A stretch of DNA of 64,000 nt from Chamaesiphon sp. Its GTDB lineage: Bacteria > Cyanobacteriota > Cyanobacteriia > Cyanobacteriales > Chamaesiphonaceae. A program made the position numbers and the translations under genes. The notes under the pieces were generated by a model that saw only the letters and a list, made by a program, of their open reading frames with translations, did no database searches and was not told the origin of the DNA. Numbering within the stretch: position 1 is the stretch's first letter; each line of letters opens with the position of its first letter. Positions 1 through 10,055 of the stretch are shown here, one piece after another. Where the stretch lies: positions 96,001-160,000 of the forward strand of contig CBDFFH010000020.1 in NCBI GenBank assembly GCA_965246715.1, written 5' to 3'.

Positions 1-62
1 GCCGCGAATAGGAGAAAAATCGGCTGCTTAAAAATTTATGTAAGCACGTAGTTTCAAGCAGA

Positions 63-758
63 TTATTTAACGGTGGCAAGCAGACTGAGCTGTTCGAGCA
101 GTTCCTTAGCGGCTGGCGCGGAAGATGCGGGATTTTGTCCGGTAATCAGCCAACCATCTTTGAGGACGTATGGCTGAAAGTCGGCGACTTTGGCATAATT
201 CCCACCGTTGTTTTTAAGCATATCCTCGACCAGGAACGGAACGATCTCTGTCAGTCCTACGGCTTGCTCCTCACTATTGGTGAAGCCAGTTACATTTTTA
301 CCTCGCACAACGGGATCGCCATTGGCTGCTTTGACATGTCGCAGCACGCCAGGTGCGTGGCAAACTAAGGCAACTGGTTTACCCGCTGCTAGCGTGACTT
401 CGATGAGGGCGATTGAGTCTGCATCTTCTACCAAGTCCCAGAGTGGGCCATGTCCGCCAGGGTAAAACACTGCATCGAAATCAGCAGCAGCAACCTCGCT
501 TAATTTGAGTGTGTTTGCGAGCGCGGTTTGAGCGGCGGGATCTGTTTTGAAGCGTTGCGTGTCCTTTGTTTGAGCGTCTGGGGCATCGCTCTTGGGGTCG
601 ATCGGTGGTTGCCCACCACGCGGTGAAGCTATCGTAATCGTCGCACCTGCGTCTTGAAATGCGTAGTAGGGAGCGGCAAATTCTTCAAGCCAGAAACCCG
701 TTTTTTTACCCGTATTTCCGAGCCGATCGTGTGAGGTTAGTACCATTAGTATGTTCAT
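63..758 (-). CDS. DJ-1/PfpI family (type 1 glutamine amidotransferase-like, glyoxalase III-like) protein
   Basis: MNILMVLTSH..TGFWLEE..P, PGGHGP, VCHAP, ITGQNPAS motifs; AAGGAG RBS before ATG at 758/761. Confidence 0.9.
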   Translation of the reverse strand: MNILMVLTSHDRLGNTGKKTGFWLEEFAAPYYAFQDAGATITIASPRGGQPPIDPKSDAPDAQTKDTQRFKTDPAAQTALANTLKLSEVAAADFDAVFYPGGHGPLWDLVEDADSIALIEVTLAAGKPVALVCHAPGVLRHVKAANGDPVVRGKNVTGFTNSEEQAVGLTEIVPFLVEDMLKNNGGNYAKVADFQPYVLKDGWLITGQNPASSAPAAKELLEQLSLLATVK

Positions 759-790
759 CATGACTCCTTTAATTACGGATATATATGAAA

Positions 791-821
791 TGAAGATCGA
801 CCGCATAAGGGTCGATCTTCA
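791..821. terminator. Perfect 12-bp hairpin upstream of the PfpI gene (terminator or attenuator-like)
   Basis: TGAAGATCGACC-gcataag-GGTCGATCTTCA. Confidence 0.45.
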
Positions 822-1336
822 GCAGAACATTATTCATCCAAACGAAAATTATATGCACCCCGATCTGAGTTGATGATTGTAATCTGTTCGCAAACAGTTC
901 GAGTCTTATCACAGCAATACAATATTGTTGTCAATGAGTTCGATTGTTAGTACAACTCATAGACAGCGTTCTATCGTGTAAATCGATTACTTTCTATTTT
1001 AGCTTAAAAATATGTATAACTTACAAGATTAATTTATTTCTAATTTTTTATTTTAGAAAATTCGCAACTAATTTTTAAAATTATTCTCAACTAAATAAAT
1101 CAAGGTATGATGAATCTCTCTCGATCGATAGATGACAATTTATATTTTTTATTAATCGTCTATCAATAGGATTAAGTTGTGATGATATCGACTAGTAAAG
1201 AATTACTTTTAATTCAAGACAAATCAGCTTAAAAGCAAAATTTGAGTTATGAAAATCAAATCGAATCCTTTAATAACAAGGCTATGCAAATAACCCCAGA
1301 CTAGTCGCGCCGGATAAGAACTATTCCCTATCCTCC

Positions 1337-2245
1337 TCAAGCCGTCCGTAACCGTTTGATATCGCTGATCGGCGGCGCACCAAACATGCACGAATATTCA
1401 CGACTGAATTGCGAGGTGCTCTCATACCCCACCAGATTGGCAGCATTTGCCGCAGTAGATTGTTCGACCAGCATCAGGCGACGCGCTTCTAATAGTTTCA
1501 ATTGCTTTTGATAGTTCAATGGACTCATTGATGTCACTTGCTTAAAATGATAATGGAAAGAGGACGGAGACATCTTCGCTCGATCGGCCAAATCCTCAAT
1601 CCGCAGCCGCTTCGTAAAATCGGTTTTAATGTGTTGGATGACTTGAGCGATGCGCTGCATATTACTACCAGATGTCGCAATCTGACGGACGGCTTCGCAT
1701 TGTTCGCCCATCAGCAGGCGATAGTAAATTTCCTGAGTAATCATCGGAGCCAGCATCGGAATATCTTGCGGCGTATCCAATAGTTTTGTCAATCTCAACG
1801 CACAATCGAGCAATGATGCATCGGCTGTACTGACAAAAAAGCCTCTAACCGAAGTTTCTTTTTTACTAGCGATGATACTGGTTTGGGAGGTAATAATTTC
1901 ACCGAGTTGGCGCGGATCGAGATCGAGTTTAAACCCTAAATATGGTTGCGTTGAGGTTGCCTCAGTAATAAATCCACTAATCGGCAAATCGACGGAGAGA
2001 ATCAAATATTGAGCGGTACCATAATCATAAGTTTCCTCGCCCACTAATGCTGCTTTTTTGCCCTGAACAACGATCGCCAGCATGGGTGCGCTGACGGCGG
2101 CTAAAGTACTGGCAACACAAGACTCTCTTGCAAATTGCAACTGATCGATACTTGTCTGATGAAAACCGTCACCTTTACCTTCGGTATGGCGAGTTATCAG
2201 GGCTGCTAATTCTTGACACTGTATAGCGATTGGTTCCGTCGTCAT
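1337..2245 (-). CDS. AraC family regulator, YqhC-like (AraC_N + HTH)
   Basis: LAIVVQGKK, SVDLP, QEIYYRLL, MSPLNYQKQLKLLEARRLM, VGYESTSQFSREY. Confidence 0.92.
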   Translation of the reverse strand: MTTEPIAIQCQELAALITRHTEGKGDGFHQTSIDQLQFARESCVASTLAAVSAPMLAIVVQGKKAALVGEETYDYGTAQYLILSVDLPISGFITEATSTQPYLGFKLDLDPRQLGEIITSQTSIIASKKETSVRGFFVSTADASLLDCALRLTKLLDTPQDIPMLAPMITQEIYYRLLMGEQCEAVRQIATSGSNMQRIAQVIQHIKTDFTKRLRIEDLADRAKMSPSSFHYHFKQVTSMSPLNYQKQLKLLEARRLMLVEQSTAANAANLVGYESTSQFSREYSCMFGAPPISDIKRLRTA

Positions 2246-2322
2246 CCGGTTGTTTGACTGAATTTAATTGGCTGCCTACAAACATTGTAAAGCATCTAGA
2301 TCCAGTCCCCGATTGATCGATT

Positions 2323-2366
2323 TGGAGGATTAGGCAATAAATAGCGAGGTTTGTGTATTTCAAACT
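2323..2366. promoter_or_regulatory. Conserved 44-bp operator in the AraC divergent promoter (copy 1)
   Basis: 41/44 identical to the reverse complement of 39481-39524, which lies beside the paralogous AraC gene. Confidence 0.7.
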
Positions 2367-2543
2367 CCGGCTGTTATTTGTAGGATAAATATAGGCGATC
2401 GAAGCCACCCTGGCGCTCGATAGAACCAGTAGTACTGGTTCTAGTAGACTCAGCATCAATGATTAAATTAGCTCCTCGATCGATGCAGCAAGCCAATTCT
2501 AAAGCTAGAACATGAAACCTTTGCAAACACAAACGAAAAATTT

Positions 2544-2576
2544 ATGAAAGTTGTAGTAACAGGTTCGCTCGAATAT
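2544..2576 (+). pseudogene. 5' stub of an NmrA-like oxidoreductase (MKVVVTGSL), cut by the ISL3
   Basis: Matches the N-terminus MKVIVTGSL of the 35805-36695 protein; ends at the IS terminus. Confidence 0.7.
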
Positions 2577-4009
2577 GGCTCTTCACTAGTTAGTATGCCA
2601 AGTCAATGATTAAAATGCCAACTCAGCAAGCACCTGTTGCGAAAATTTACAAAATTAGTGAATCCATATGCAGAACGTTTGATTAGCTTGAGTTTGGTAT
2701 TAATTCCTTCTACTGTTCCACTAGTTGTTCTATTGTCAAAATAAGCTAGTATTTCATCAAACCATCGATAAATTGTCGCTTGACTGTTGACAAAATACTT
2801 TTGCACTATGGAAAGCCATTCCCCTAATCTCAGTAATCCCTCAGTCCAGTTTCCCTTTCTCTCAAATATTTCTCGAAAATTTTTCTTTAATTGGTGCATT
2901 TTTCCCAGCCGACTTGATGCCTTTTTTACCTGAATCAACTTTTCTTTCTGTTCCGTATTTAAATCTTTTTCATTTTTCAATATCGCATACTTACTATTGA
3001 CTATTCCTGATAGTATGGCTGATTTTTCTGCTTTCTCTTCAGGAGCTTTCGTTTGCTTTATTTCTGCTTCTATTTTTCGCTTTTCTTTCTTTCTCCATCT
3101 AATTCTTGATTGATTTGTGCCATTACATGAAACCTATCTGCTACTATTTGAGCATTAGGTAATATTTCTGCCGCTAGACTTTTATACCCCTTCCATAGGT
3201 CTATGCTCACTTCTTCAATTCCTTCTAATACCTCTAAACCCCACCCTATCAAGACTTTTTTAATTTCTTCTTTAGTTCTTCCCTCAACGATCGCCAATAA
3301 TTTAGAACGATCTAAGTCTACTAACACTGCACAGTATTTCCCCTGCCCTTTAATCAAAGCTATTTCGTCTATCCCTAATCTTTTTAGCCCTACTGGCTTC
3401 ATTCCTAATAAATTTTTAGATGCATCTTTTAACATTCTTTCTATGTCTTTTTCTGTCACCTTTCCCTTCTTTGCTACACTACTAATGTCATCTGCTAATA
3501 CTTTCCCTATTGTCTGAGCTGCTAATCTTTTTGTATACCTTCTCCTTGACTTGACAAAATCTAATTTTTCACTAAATGGTTTCTGACATTTTTCACAGTT
3601 GAATTGTCTTCTATTTATTTCTAAAAATACAGCTTGCTCTCCCCAATTCAAATCTTTAATTATTTGTCGATGATTTTGATGTAATTTATCACTTTTTAAA
3701 CCACAGCGTTGGCACACACTTGTTTTGACGAGCGACTCAATTTCTAGTATTATTCCAATTCCTTCATGCTGGTGCTTGGAAGTTACTTTTACTCCCTCTA
3801 GGTTGAGTACTTCTGTTAGTAGTTGTAGTTCCTTTTTAGTAAACATCTTCTTTAAGTTTGTCTAAATATTACTTTCACTTAGACTATTTTTAATCATCAA
3901 ATGCTCTCTATGTCAATCATCACTGAGGTTTTCATGATAACTACATACATTTCTTGACTTTTGTTTGCCACTTTTGCTGTCGATCGAGCATACTAAGTAG
4001 TGAAGAGCC
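2577..4009 (-). mobile_element. ISL3 family insertion sequence (1433 bp)
   Basis: 22-bp IRs GGCTCTTCACTA(G/C)TTAGTATGC with 1 mismatch; no target duplication. Confidence 0.92.
2603..3846 (-). pseudogene. ISL3 transposase, frameshifted near 3070-3090
   Basis: CxxC zinc finger, LGIDE, VSIDLW, VADRFHV, VEGINTKLKLIKRSAYGF; split over two frames at an AGAA-repeat tract. Confidence 0.88.
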
Positions 4010-4328
4010 GATTAAGACTACTCGATGTAGCTTCTATATTGAGTTTTTTCGCGAACAACATTGAGCCAGCTATGGTTCTAGTACCCATATTACAGACTAT
4101 ATTTTCACACTCTGCGATCTTCTTTCGATCTTCAATGTCTGCATTTGGTAGATCGGCGACTAGTTGGTGAAGTTCTTCGTGTGTCTTTGAGGCATGTACA
4201 GCTTCGACTCTGCTCTCAAATTCATCAAGATTGATGATGTCGGTACTGAAGGCATTGGTTAGAAAACCAATTGTTTTTTCCCTTTCCGATGGAGTCAAAT
4301 ACTTTGGCGTAGTTTTTTTTGTTTCCAT
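4010..4328 (-). pseudogene. DUF1707 (SHOCT-like) domain protein, C-terminus truncated by the ISL3
   Basis: SEREKTIGFLTNAFS..IINLDEFESRVEAVHASKTHEELHQLVADLP; the frame runs into the IS end. Confidence 0.7.
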
Positions 4329-4356
4329 AATTGCTCCTGCTCTTGCAAAGACTTTA

Positions 4357-4905
4357 TTAGACGACATTATCGGGTGTGATGTGTTCGATTGTTTCAAATT
4401 CCACGTACTCTAGGGGCATCTCAATCTCGAAGTGTTGGCAGAGTGCTTTGACATCGCGGTAATCGTCTTCGTCAAACTCATAGCCACAATGAAACTTCAC
4501 CATCCACTCTGGGGATATACATTTTACCGGATAACCACCGATCGAACCAGTTCCCGTCAGTGACTCAAATGGATATGCAATTCCATAAACATTGTTGCCC
4601 GATCTATCGAATGTGTATGAGTGAATATCGATGTGATGTCCCTGGTTATCTCCCAGCACAAAGTTATAATCGCTCGTGTCCTGACGAGGCACTTCTCGAT
4701 AGCCTCTAGCTTCCAGCATAGCTCGGATTTGAGCCACATCTTTGTGTTCGACTGCGATGTCTAAGTCTGCATGAGTTCGGGTTTGTTTGCCCAACAAAGC
4801 ATCAACACCCCAGCCACCATCGATGTAAAGATCGATCTGATGTCGATCGAAAAGTTGCACTAGATCGAGTACATCATTAACAGTCATTTCGGGATAGTCT
4901 GTCAT
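4357..4905 (-). CDS. Nucleotidyltransferase of the aminoglycoside-2''-adenylyltransferase / lincosamide Lnu-like family
   Basis: IDGGWGVDALLGKQTRTHADLDI, IDIH, VKFHCGYE..DYRD motifs. Confidence 0.85.
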   Translation of the reverse strand: MTDYPEMTVNDVLDLVQLFDRHQIDLYIDGGWGVDALLGKQTRTHADLDIAVEHKDVAQIRAMLEARGYREVPRQDTSDYNFVLGDNQGHHIDIHSYTFDRSGNNVYGIAYPFESLTGTGSIGGYPVKCISPEWMVKFHCGYEFDEDDYRDVKALCQHFEIEMPLEYVEFETIEHITPDNVV

Positions 4906-4945
4906 TATGCAGAAATCGCTTGCATTGTGCCTAGATATTAACTAA

Positions 4946-5560
4946 TTAAGTGGTGAAAACTACCTCATTTAAGGACTTTTGATATTCATTATTCGCCAGA
5001 TCGAGCATTTCTTGAAAAATCGGGGAGAAGGGACGATTGGCATCCATCGCGGCAAAATCTTCGATCGATTGCCAATGCCCAAAATTGATGCACCGCCAGC
5101 CATCAAAGCTACGATGAGCGTGAGTCGAAATCAATCCCGCTTGTCCCGATACCATTCCCAGTGCTTGTGTAAATAACTCAACAAACCGAGGCTGATACTC
5201 AGGTTGCTTCATTTTGAAAATACCAAAGTTGATAAGTCCATCCATATTGGAGGCGAGATTTAACTCGCTACCTGCGGGTTCGGATGCAAAGATTTCAAAC
5301 AAATGCACATCTGGAACGGCAAAATCTGCGAATGGCTCGGTGGCTATATAAGATGCTTTATCGCTCCATTGGATGTAACTTGTCACCCGCAACCCGTCGC
5401 GGCTACGAAACACAGAGCCAGAGGCAAATCCGACTTTTTGCGCGAGTGTAGATTCAATCTTTTGAATTGCGGATGCTACCAGATTTGCTTGCTTCTCAGG
5501 CTCTACCGGAAAGATAGCGAACTCAGCCAGTAATCCATTAGCTTTGTTAACGATCGGCAT
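4946..5560 (-). CDS. Antibiotic biosynthesis monooxygenase (tandem ABM domains)
   Basis: Two ABM-like repeats: F.V.PEKQ..GFASGSVFRSRDG..YIQW and GLISTHAHRSFDG..NFGHWQS. Confidence 0.75.
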   Translation of the reverse strand: MPIVNKANGLLAEFAIFPVEPEKQANLVASAIQKIESTLAQKVGFASGSVFRSRDGLRVTSYIQWSDKASYIATEPFADFAVPDVHLFEIFASEPAGSELNLASNMDGLINFGIFKMKQPEYQPRFVELFTQALGMVSGQAGLISTHAHRSFDGWRCINFGHWQSIEDFAAMDANRPFSPIFQEMLDLANNEYQKSLNEVVFTT

Positions 5561-5592
5561 TTGACACCTCACAAACCTGTAACTTTTCTATT

Positions 5593-6051
5593 TTACTTGT
5601 GTTTCTCCATGAAAGCGAACGACAAGGTTTCGGTAATTTTTTCATGCTTGAATATCTGGTATCCCAGCCGTTCGTAAAAACGAATGTTGCGATCGCTCTT
5701 GTGTCCCGTAAATAATTCAAACCGCTGCACCTGCTCGAAACAGGATTCGATTTGTACCATCAGCGCGGTACCAATGCCTTGCCCTTGAAAATTGGGATGA
5801 ACGATGAGTCGCTCGATCGAACAAGTATCACCCACCTGAAACCCTCTAACCGAGCCGACAATTTTGCCCTCAGCTTGAGCCTTCAAGCAAGTTTTGGTAG
5901 TGAAGTCATCTATTAACTCATCTAACGTTTGTGTGAGCGGCGGAATATTCCAGTCGTCGTACAGCCTTGCTTCACTCTGATATGCCAGCTTTTGGAGTTC
6001 GAGAATGGCTGGTGCATCTTCAGAGGAAGCGCGTGCGATCCTTTTTATCAT
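5593..6051 (-). CDS. GNAT acetyltransferase
   Basis: RLIVHPNFQGQGIGTALM, N.RFYERLGY. Confidence 0.9.
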   Translation of the reverse strand: MIKRIARASSEDAPAILELQKLAYQSEARLYDDWNIPPLTQTLDELIDDFTTKTCLKAQAEGKIVGSVRGFQVGDTCSIERLIVHPNFQGQGIGTALMVQIESCFEQVQRFELFTGHKSDRNIRFYERLGYQIFKHEKITETLSFAFMEKHK

Positions 6052-6087
6052 TCGATCTTTAGGCTCCTGGCAAAACAATAAAATTCT

Positions 6088-6570
6088 TTATTTTGGCACA
6101 AAGAGAGTGAATATGGCAGATGCAGCCAGAGCTGTTAACGTCCGAACGTGATTCCAGAATGTCCAAGTGACAAGGTATGCAGCCCAAACCTTCGCACCCT
6201 CAACGCTGTCTGGCTCGACTTTTGCCAGCGCATCATTTAGCGGCACATTGAATGCGATCGTCACTCCGACCGTACCGACAAGATAAAGCAAACTACCAAC
6301 TAGCAAACAGGCAGAACTGGGTTGATGCCACTTGGGCAGCAAGGTGATAATTAGCAAGATGCAAACCCCAGCAGTTCCAAGCAACGCCAACATAAACAAC
6401 GGATTAATCGCCGTAATATTAATCGATTGCATGGCGACAATCCCGCGATCGGGCTGGAGTCGAGCCAGGGCAGGCATCACAAATGTTGAAAAGGCGAAGA
6501 AGACTCCAGCAACTAGCCCGCAACCGATCGCCGCAGTAAAAGTCAGGGAAAATAGATAGCGATCTAACAT
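6088..6570 (-). CDS. DUF1772 / anthrone oxygenase family membrane protein
   Basis: GLVAGVFFAFSTFVMPAL, NVPLNDAL, W..WNHVRT. Confidence 0.88.
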   Translation of the reverse strand: MLDRYLFSLTFTAAIGCGLVAGVFFAFSTFVMPALARLQPDRGIVAMQSINITAINPLFMLALLGTAGVCILLIITLLPKWHQPSSACLLVGSLLYLVGTVGVTIAFNVPLNDALAKVEPDSVEGAKVWAAYLVTWTFWNHVRTLTALAASAIFTLFVPK

Positions 6571-6572
6571 CG

Positions 6573-7433
6573 TTATTTGCCTCCCCAGATGCCAGTCGCA
6601 GCCGTTTGTCGCACATAGTCGGAAAAGTCGCGCGGCGGTCGTCCGAGCGCACGCTGTACGCCATTGGCTAGCGGTGTATTCCGTCCATCGAGCACGGTGG
6701 AGAACAAATATAAGATTAGCTCGATGTAATCATCTGGAACACCTTGCCGGACAAGCTCTGCGCGGTAGTCATCGACCGAAACAGGGACGAACGCAATCTC
6801 CCGTCCCGTCACGCGGGCGATCTCGCCGATCGCATCGGAGAAGGTTAAGGCTTTTGAGCCAGTAATCTCGTAGAGCTGACGCGAGTGTTGCGGATCTGTG
6901 AGTGCGGCAACAGCGATATCGGCAATGTCATCGACATCGATAAATGGCTCTGCGACTGACTCCACCACAGGCAATGTAACCTGCCCAGTCAGTATCGGAT
7001 CGAGGAAAAAACTTTCGCTGAAATTCTGGAAGAACCAGCTCGATCGCAAGATCGTCCAATCCACGCTAGTCGCCTGGAGTAACCGTTCCGCCTGTTCTGC
7101 CTCCACTTCGCCCCGACCCGAAAGTAGTACCAGCTTTTCCACGCCACAGGCGATCGCTCGATCGAAGAACGCCTGTATAGTTTCAAGGGCACCAGGCACT
7201 GCTAGATCGGGTTGATAAGCAACGTAGGCAGCCTTCACATCTTGTAGTGCCCGATCCCAACTGTCCGGTTGCTCCCAATCGAAGGGTAATTCTGCTGTCC
7301 GCGAGCCGATTCGCACTTGGCGACCAGCATCGAGCAGTCGAGCTGCCACCCTGCGACCTGTCTTCCCTGTAACACCGATAACCAAGGTTATGCCCTTACT
7401 CCAATGTTCGTTTGTCATCTTTTTTGGCTCCAT
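6573..7433 (-). CDS. NmrA-like NAD(P)H-binding protein
   Basis: GVTGKTGRRV, FDW, LSGRGE, ILRSSWFFQNFSE, IDVDDIA. Confidence 0.88.
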   Translation of the reverse strand: MEPKKMTNEHWSKGITLVIGVTGKTGRRVAARLLDAGRQVRIGSRTAELPFDWEQPDSWDRALQDVKAAYVAYQPDLAVPGALETIQAFFDRAIACGVEKLVLLSGRGEVEAEQAERLLQATSVDWTILRSSWFFQNFSESFFLDPILTGQVTLPVVESVAEPFIDVDDIADIAVAALTDPQHSRQLYEITGSKALTFSDAIGEIARVTGREIAFVPVSVDDYRAELVRQGVPDDYIELILYLFSTVLDGRNTPLANGVQRALGRPPRDFSDYVRQTAATGIWGGK

Positions 7434-7647
7434 TTGCCGATCGAGAATGCGTAATCGGCGATTCGATTTCCTGTCGATCGCGCAGCGTCGGCTTTGCTGA
7501 ATCGATTACCATTCCAGCTTAGGGAAACGACAACTTTTCCACTATCTGATTCTTGTGAAACTAACAAAATCTTGCGGGCAATTCTCAGCATGTTTGAGGA
7601 AATGCGAAAATGAAGATAATCAGATCTAGACGAATGGGGTTTACATT

Positions 7648-8523
7648 ATGAAGCCGATTGCTAGCCATCAGATTATCTGTACCAGCCAGCCCCTGTTTTC
7701 GAGTCAAATTCAGACTTGGGAGCAGATCCTCGTTGAAGAATTTCATCATCCAGCGGGTGAGGGAAAAATGCTCTACCCCAACGAACATGTCATTTGTTTG
7801 TCCCTTGCGCCCCGTCCGGTGCGGTTGCTGCAAATTCAGGGAGACAAGTCCTATACCGGACTATATGGAAAGGGCGATCTGTCGATCGCGCCTGCTGCTG
7901 CACCCTTTTTTGCACGGTGGGACAGTGACGATCGCTTCTTGCAGATACGGATTGACTCTGGGTTTATGGCGCAGGTTGCCACAGAAGCACTGGCGATGAA
8001 TTTAGATCGGCTGGAAGTAATTCCCACATTTCGGACTCGCGATCCTCAACTTGAGGCGATCGCGATGTTACTACTGACCGAACTCAAACAAGAAAATCTA
8101 GCTAGTAGGCTGTATATTGACTCTCTAGCGAATGTGTTGGCGGTACAATTACTCAGACAATACTCAGCATCGAAACCACAACTTTCGGTTTATGAAGGCG
8201 GATTGCCACCGCGTCAATTGCAACAAATATTGGACTACATCCACGCGCATCTAGAGCGAGATATCAAACTGGCAGATTTGGCGGGATCGATTGGGATGAG
8301 TCAATTTCACTTTAGCCATCTGTTTAAGCAATCGATTGGCACATCTCCTTACCAATATCTGCTCCAGCAGCGGATCGAACGGGCGAAACAGTTGTTAAAA
8401 CAGACAGATCGATCGATTGTCGATATTGCTTTTGGCTGTGGATTTAATAGTCACAGTCATTTAAGTAAACAGTTTCGACAGCTTACAGGCATGACACCCA
8501 CCAGATATCGATCGAGCTACTAG
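7648..8523 (+). CDS. AraC family transcriptional regulator, divergent from the NmrA operon
   Basis: C-terminal double HTH MSQFHFSHLFKQSIG..IAFGCGFNSHSHLSKQFRQLTGMTP. Confidence 0.92.
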   Translation: MKPIASHQIICTSQPLFSSQIQTWEQILVEEFHHPAGEGKMLYPNEHVICLSLAPRPVRLLQIQGDKSYTGLYGKGDLSIAPAAAPFFARWDSDDRFLQIRIDSGFMAQVATEALAMNLDRLEVIPTFRTRDPQLEAIAMLLLTELKQENLASRLYIDSLANVLAVQLLRQYSASKPQLSVYEGGLPPRQLQQILDYIHAHLERDIKLADLAGSIGMSQFHFSHLFKQSIGTSPYQYLLQQRIERAKQLLKQTDRSIVDIAFGCGFNSHSHLSKQFRQLTGMTPTRYRSSY

Positions 8524-8903
8524 CTATTAATGTCTGATTCAAAAATTGCATCGAAACCCAGAACTAGACAAACAGCCTTCTTTATTTCGCCCCAGTACTT
8601 GTCCTCTAACTTTCCTAACTTATTATCGATGCGGCGATTGTCAACAACTCTCATCTGTTCGAGGTGAATCCCTCTGGTTTCATCTAGTCCATTCGCCACC
8701 GTTGCTTCAATATCGACAACAAAAGGATAAGCTTTGGAGCTTTTTAACAAGGGAGCTACCATCGTTGTATCAGAGAGCGTGTTGCCTACATCATTTTGAA
8801 GGATTACACAGGGTCGCTTTTTAGCTGTTTCGCTGCCTACTGTCGGATCTAAATTCACCCACCAGATCTCGCCGCGCTTGTACCGCAGCTCGCCACTAGG
8901 CAT
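8520..8903 (-). CDS. MazF/PemK family toxin
   Basis: KRGEIWWVNLDPTVGSETAKKRPCVILQND, EQMRVVD..RI; overlaps the antitoxin stop. Confidence 0.9.
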   Translation of the reverse strand: MPSGELRYKRGEIWWVNLDPTVGSETAKKRPCVILQNDVGNTLSDTTMVAPLLKSSKAYPFVVDIEATVANGLDETRGIHLEQMRVVDNRRIDNKLGKLEDKYWGEIKKAVCLVLGFDAIFESDINS

Positions 8904-9120
8904 CGATACCATCTCCCACCGTAACATTCCACAACTCAATCTCCGCCTGATATTCAGGATTGTTAGCTAGTTCGGTATAGGCATCGGCCAACTCTTGCAA
9001 ACAGCGTCTCTTTTTTTCTCTGGACAATATTTCGTTGATAAATTGACTGCGATTTTGGCTCGATCGATCTACAAACTCCAACACATCTCGATCGAGTGTA
9101 ATGCTCACTTTCGCGCTCAT
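8896..9120 (-). CDS. Ribbon-helix-helix antitoxin (cyanobacterial MazE-like)
   Basis: KVSITLD..VD..NRSQFIN; C-terminal W..TVGDGI; directly upstream of the toxin. Confidence 0.85.
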   Translation of the reverse strand: MSAKVSITLDRDVLEFVDRSSQNRSQFINEILSREKKRRCLQELADAYTELANNPEYQAEIELWNVTVGDGIDA

Positions 9121-9180
9121 AACTGAATCCTACTAACTGGTAAGACAATAATATCTTAACACGTTAGCAACCGCACCTAC

Positions 9181-9227
9181 TAACGCAAGTTGCTAGTTAT
9201 ATTCGCAGTAACTAGCAACTTACGTTA
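9181..9227. repeat. 19-bp inverted repeat with 9-nt loop
   Basis: TAACGCAAGTTGCTAGTTA / TAACTAGCAACTTACGTTA, 1 mismatch. Confidence 0.8.
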
Positions 9228-9355
9228 CTAGATGGCAAAGCTATCGAGCGATTGTAGTCAGAGCTAATAATTATCGCTGGACGAGTTTTCTGAATTTCTG
9301 CACCGATAGTTGGATCTAGATTAACCAGCCAGATTTCACCACGTTTAGGGAGCAT
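9212..9355 (-). pseudogene. Truncated second MazF/PemK toxin (N-terminal about 41 aa)
   Basis: Hand translation MLPKRGEIWLVNLDPTIGAEIQKTRPAIIISSDY..; not in the ORF track; ends inside the palindrome. Confidence 0.8.
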
Positions 9356-9635
9356 AGATTTCGGCGATATCAAGGTTAATCCATTCTTCCCATTCGGCTT
9401 TGTGCTCTTGGTAGTAAGGTAGAGCTGTTTCGGCTTGCTGTGCTAAGATGCGTCTGCGTTCTTCGATCGATAGCTTAAGAAAAGATCGTCGATCGATGGA
9501 TTTAGGGTTGGATTCTAAAGCATCGGGGATAATCAAGATAACTTCGATCGTTTGTCCGATCGGAATGTTCGGCAGATCGATTTCTAGTCGATTGCCTGCT
9601 TGAATCGTGGTGGTAATATAGCGGGTTTGTTTCAT
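9345..9635 (-). CDS. Putative antitoxin of the truncated MazF
   Basis: Small protein (FLKLSIEERRRILAQQAE..W.EW) whose end overlaps the toxin ATG. Confidence 0.65.
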   Translation of the reverse strand: MKQTRYITTTIQAGNRLEIDLPNIPIGQTIEVILIIPDALESNPKSIDRRSFLKLSIEERRRILAQQAETALPYYQEHKAEWEEWINLDIAEIYAP

Positions 9636-9731
9636 TTCGATAGCTTATACTCACTTGCCTCTATTGTAGGTTTGTATGTCATGAAAGTGGTGGCGTTGTG
9701 GCTCCAGGTTTGCTAGGAAAAGTCCCTAACG

Positions 9732-10055
9732 TCAATCGAATCGACCTTTGAATGGGTTGGGATACAAAGCAGCTTGGCTTTCGATCCCAACTTCCAATCG
9801 ACAATCAGAACGCGCATACGCCACGCACAATAACACGTAGCCAGCAGCAATTTGGGCTGGCTTGAGACACCGTTCGCCAGATCGTTCGACTTCACCTGAG
9901 ATTAATTTGGCAGCACAACTAATACAAACACCATCCCGACAACCCACAGGCAATCGCAATCCCGATGCTTCGATCTCATCTAAAATCCGGACATCGGGAG
10001 CGACATCAATAACAATCCCGCCCCGATTTACCAACTCAACTCGATGTGTATCCAT
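9732..10055 (-). CDS. Plant-type 2Fe-2S ferredoxin
   Basis: LPVGCRDGVCISCAA..GYVLLCVAY (Cx4Cx2C..C). Confidence 0.9.
   Translation of the reverse strand: MDTHRVELVNRGGIVIDVAPDVRILDEIEASGLRLPVGCRDGVCISCAAKLISGEVERSGERCLKPAQIAAGYVLLCVAYARSDCRLEVGIESQAALYPNPFKGRFD

Noticed and set aside
960..1280. Very AT-rich stretch as a possible origin or repeat array
   Set aside because: No iterons, DnaA-box cluster or periodicity that I could support.
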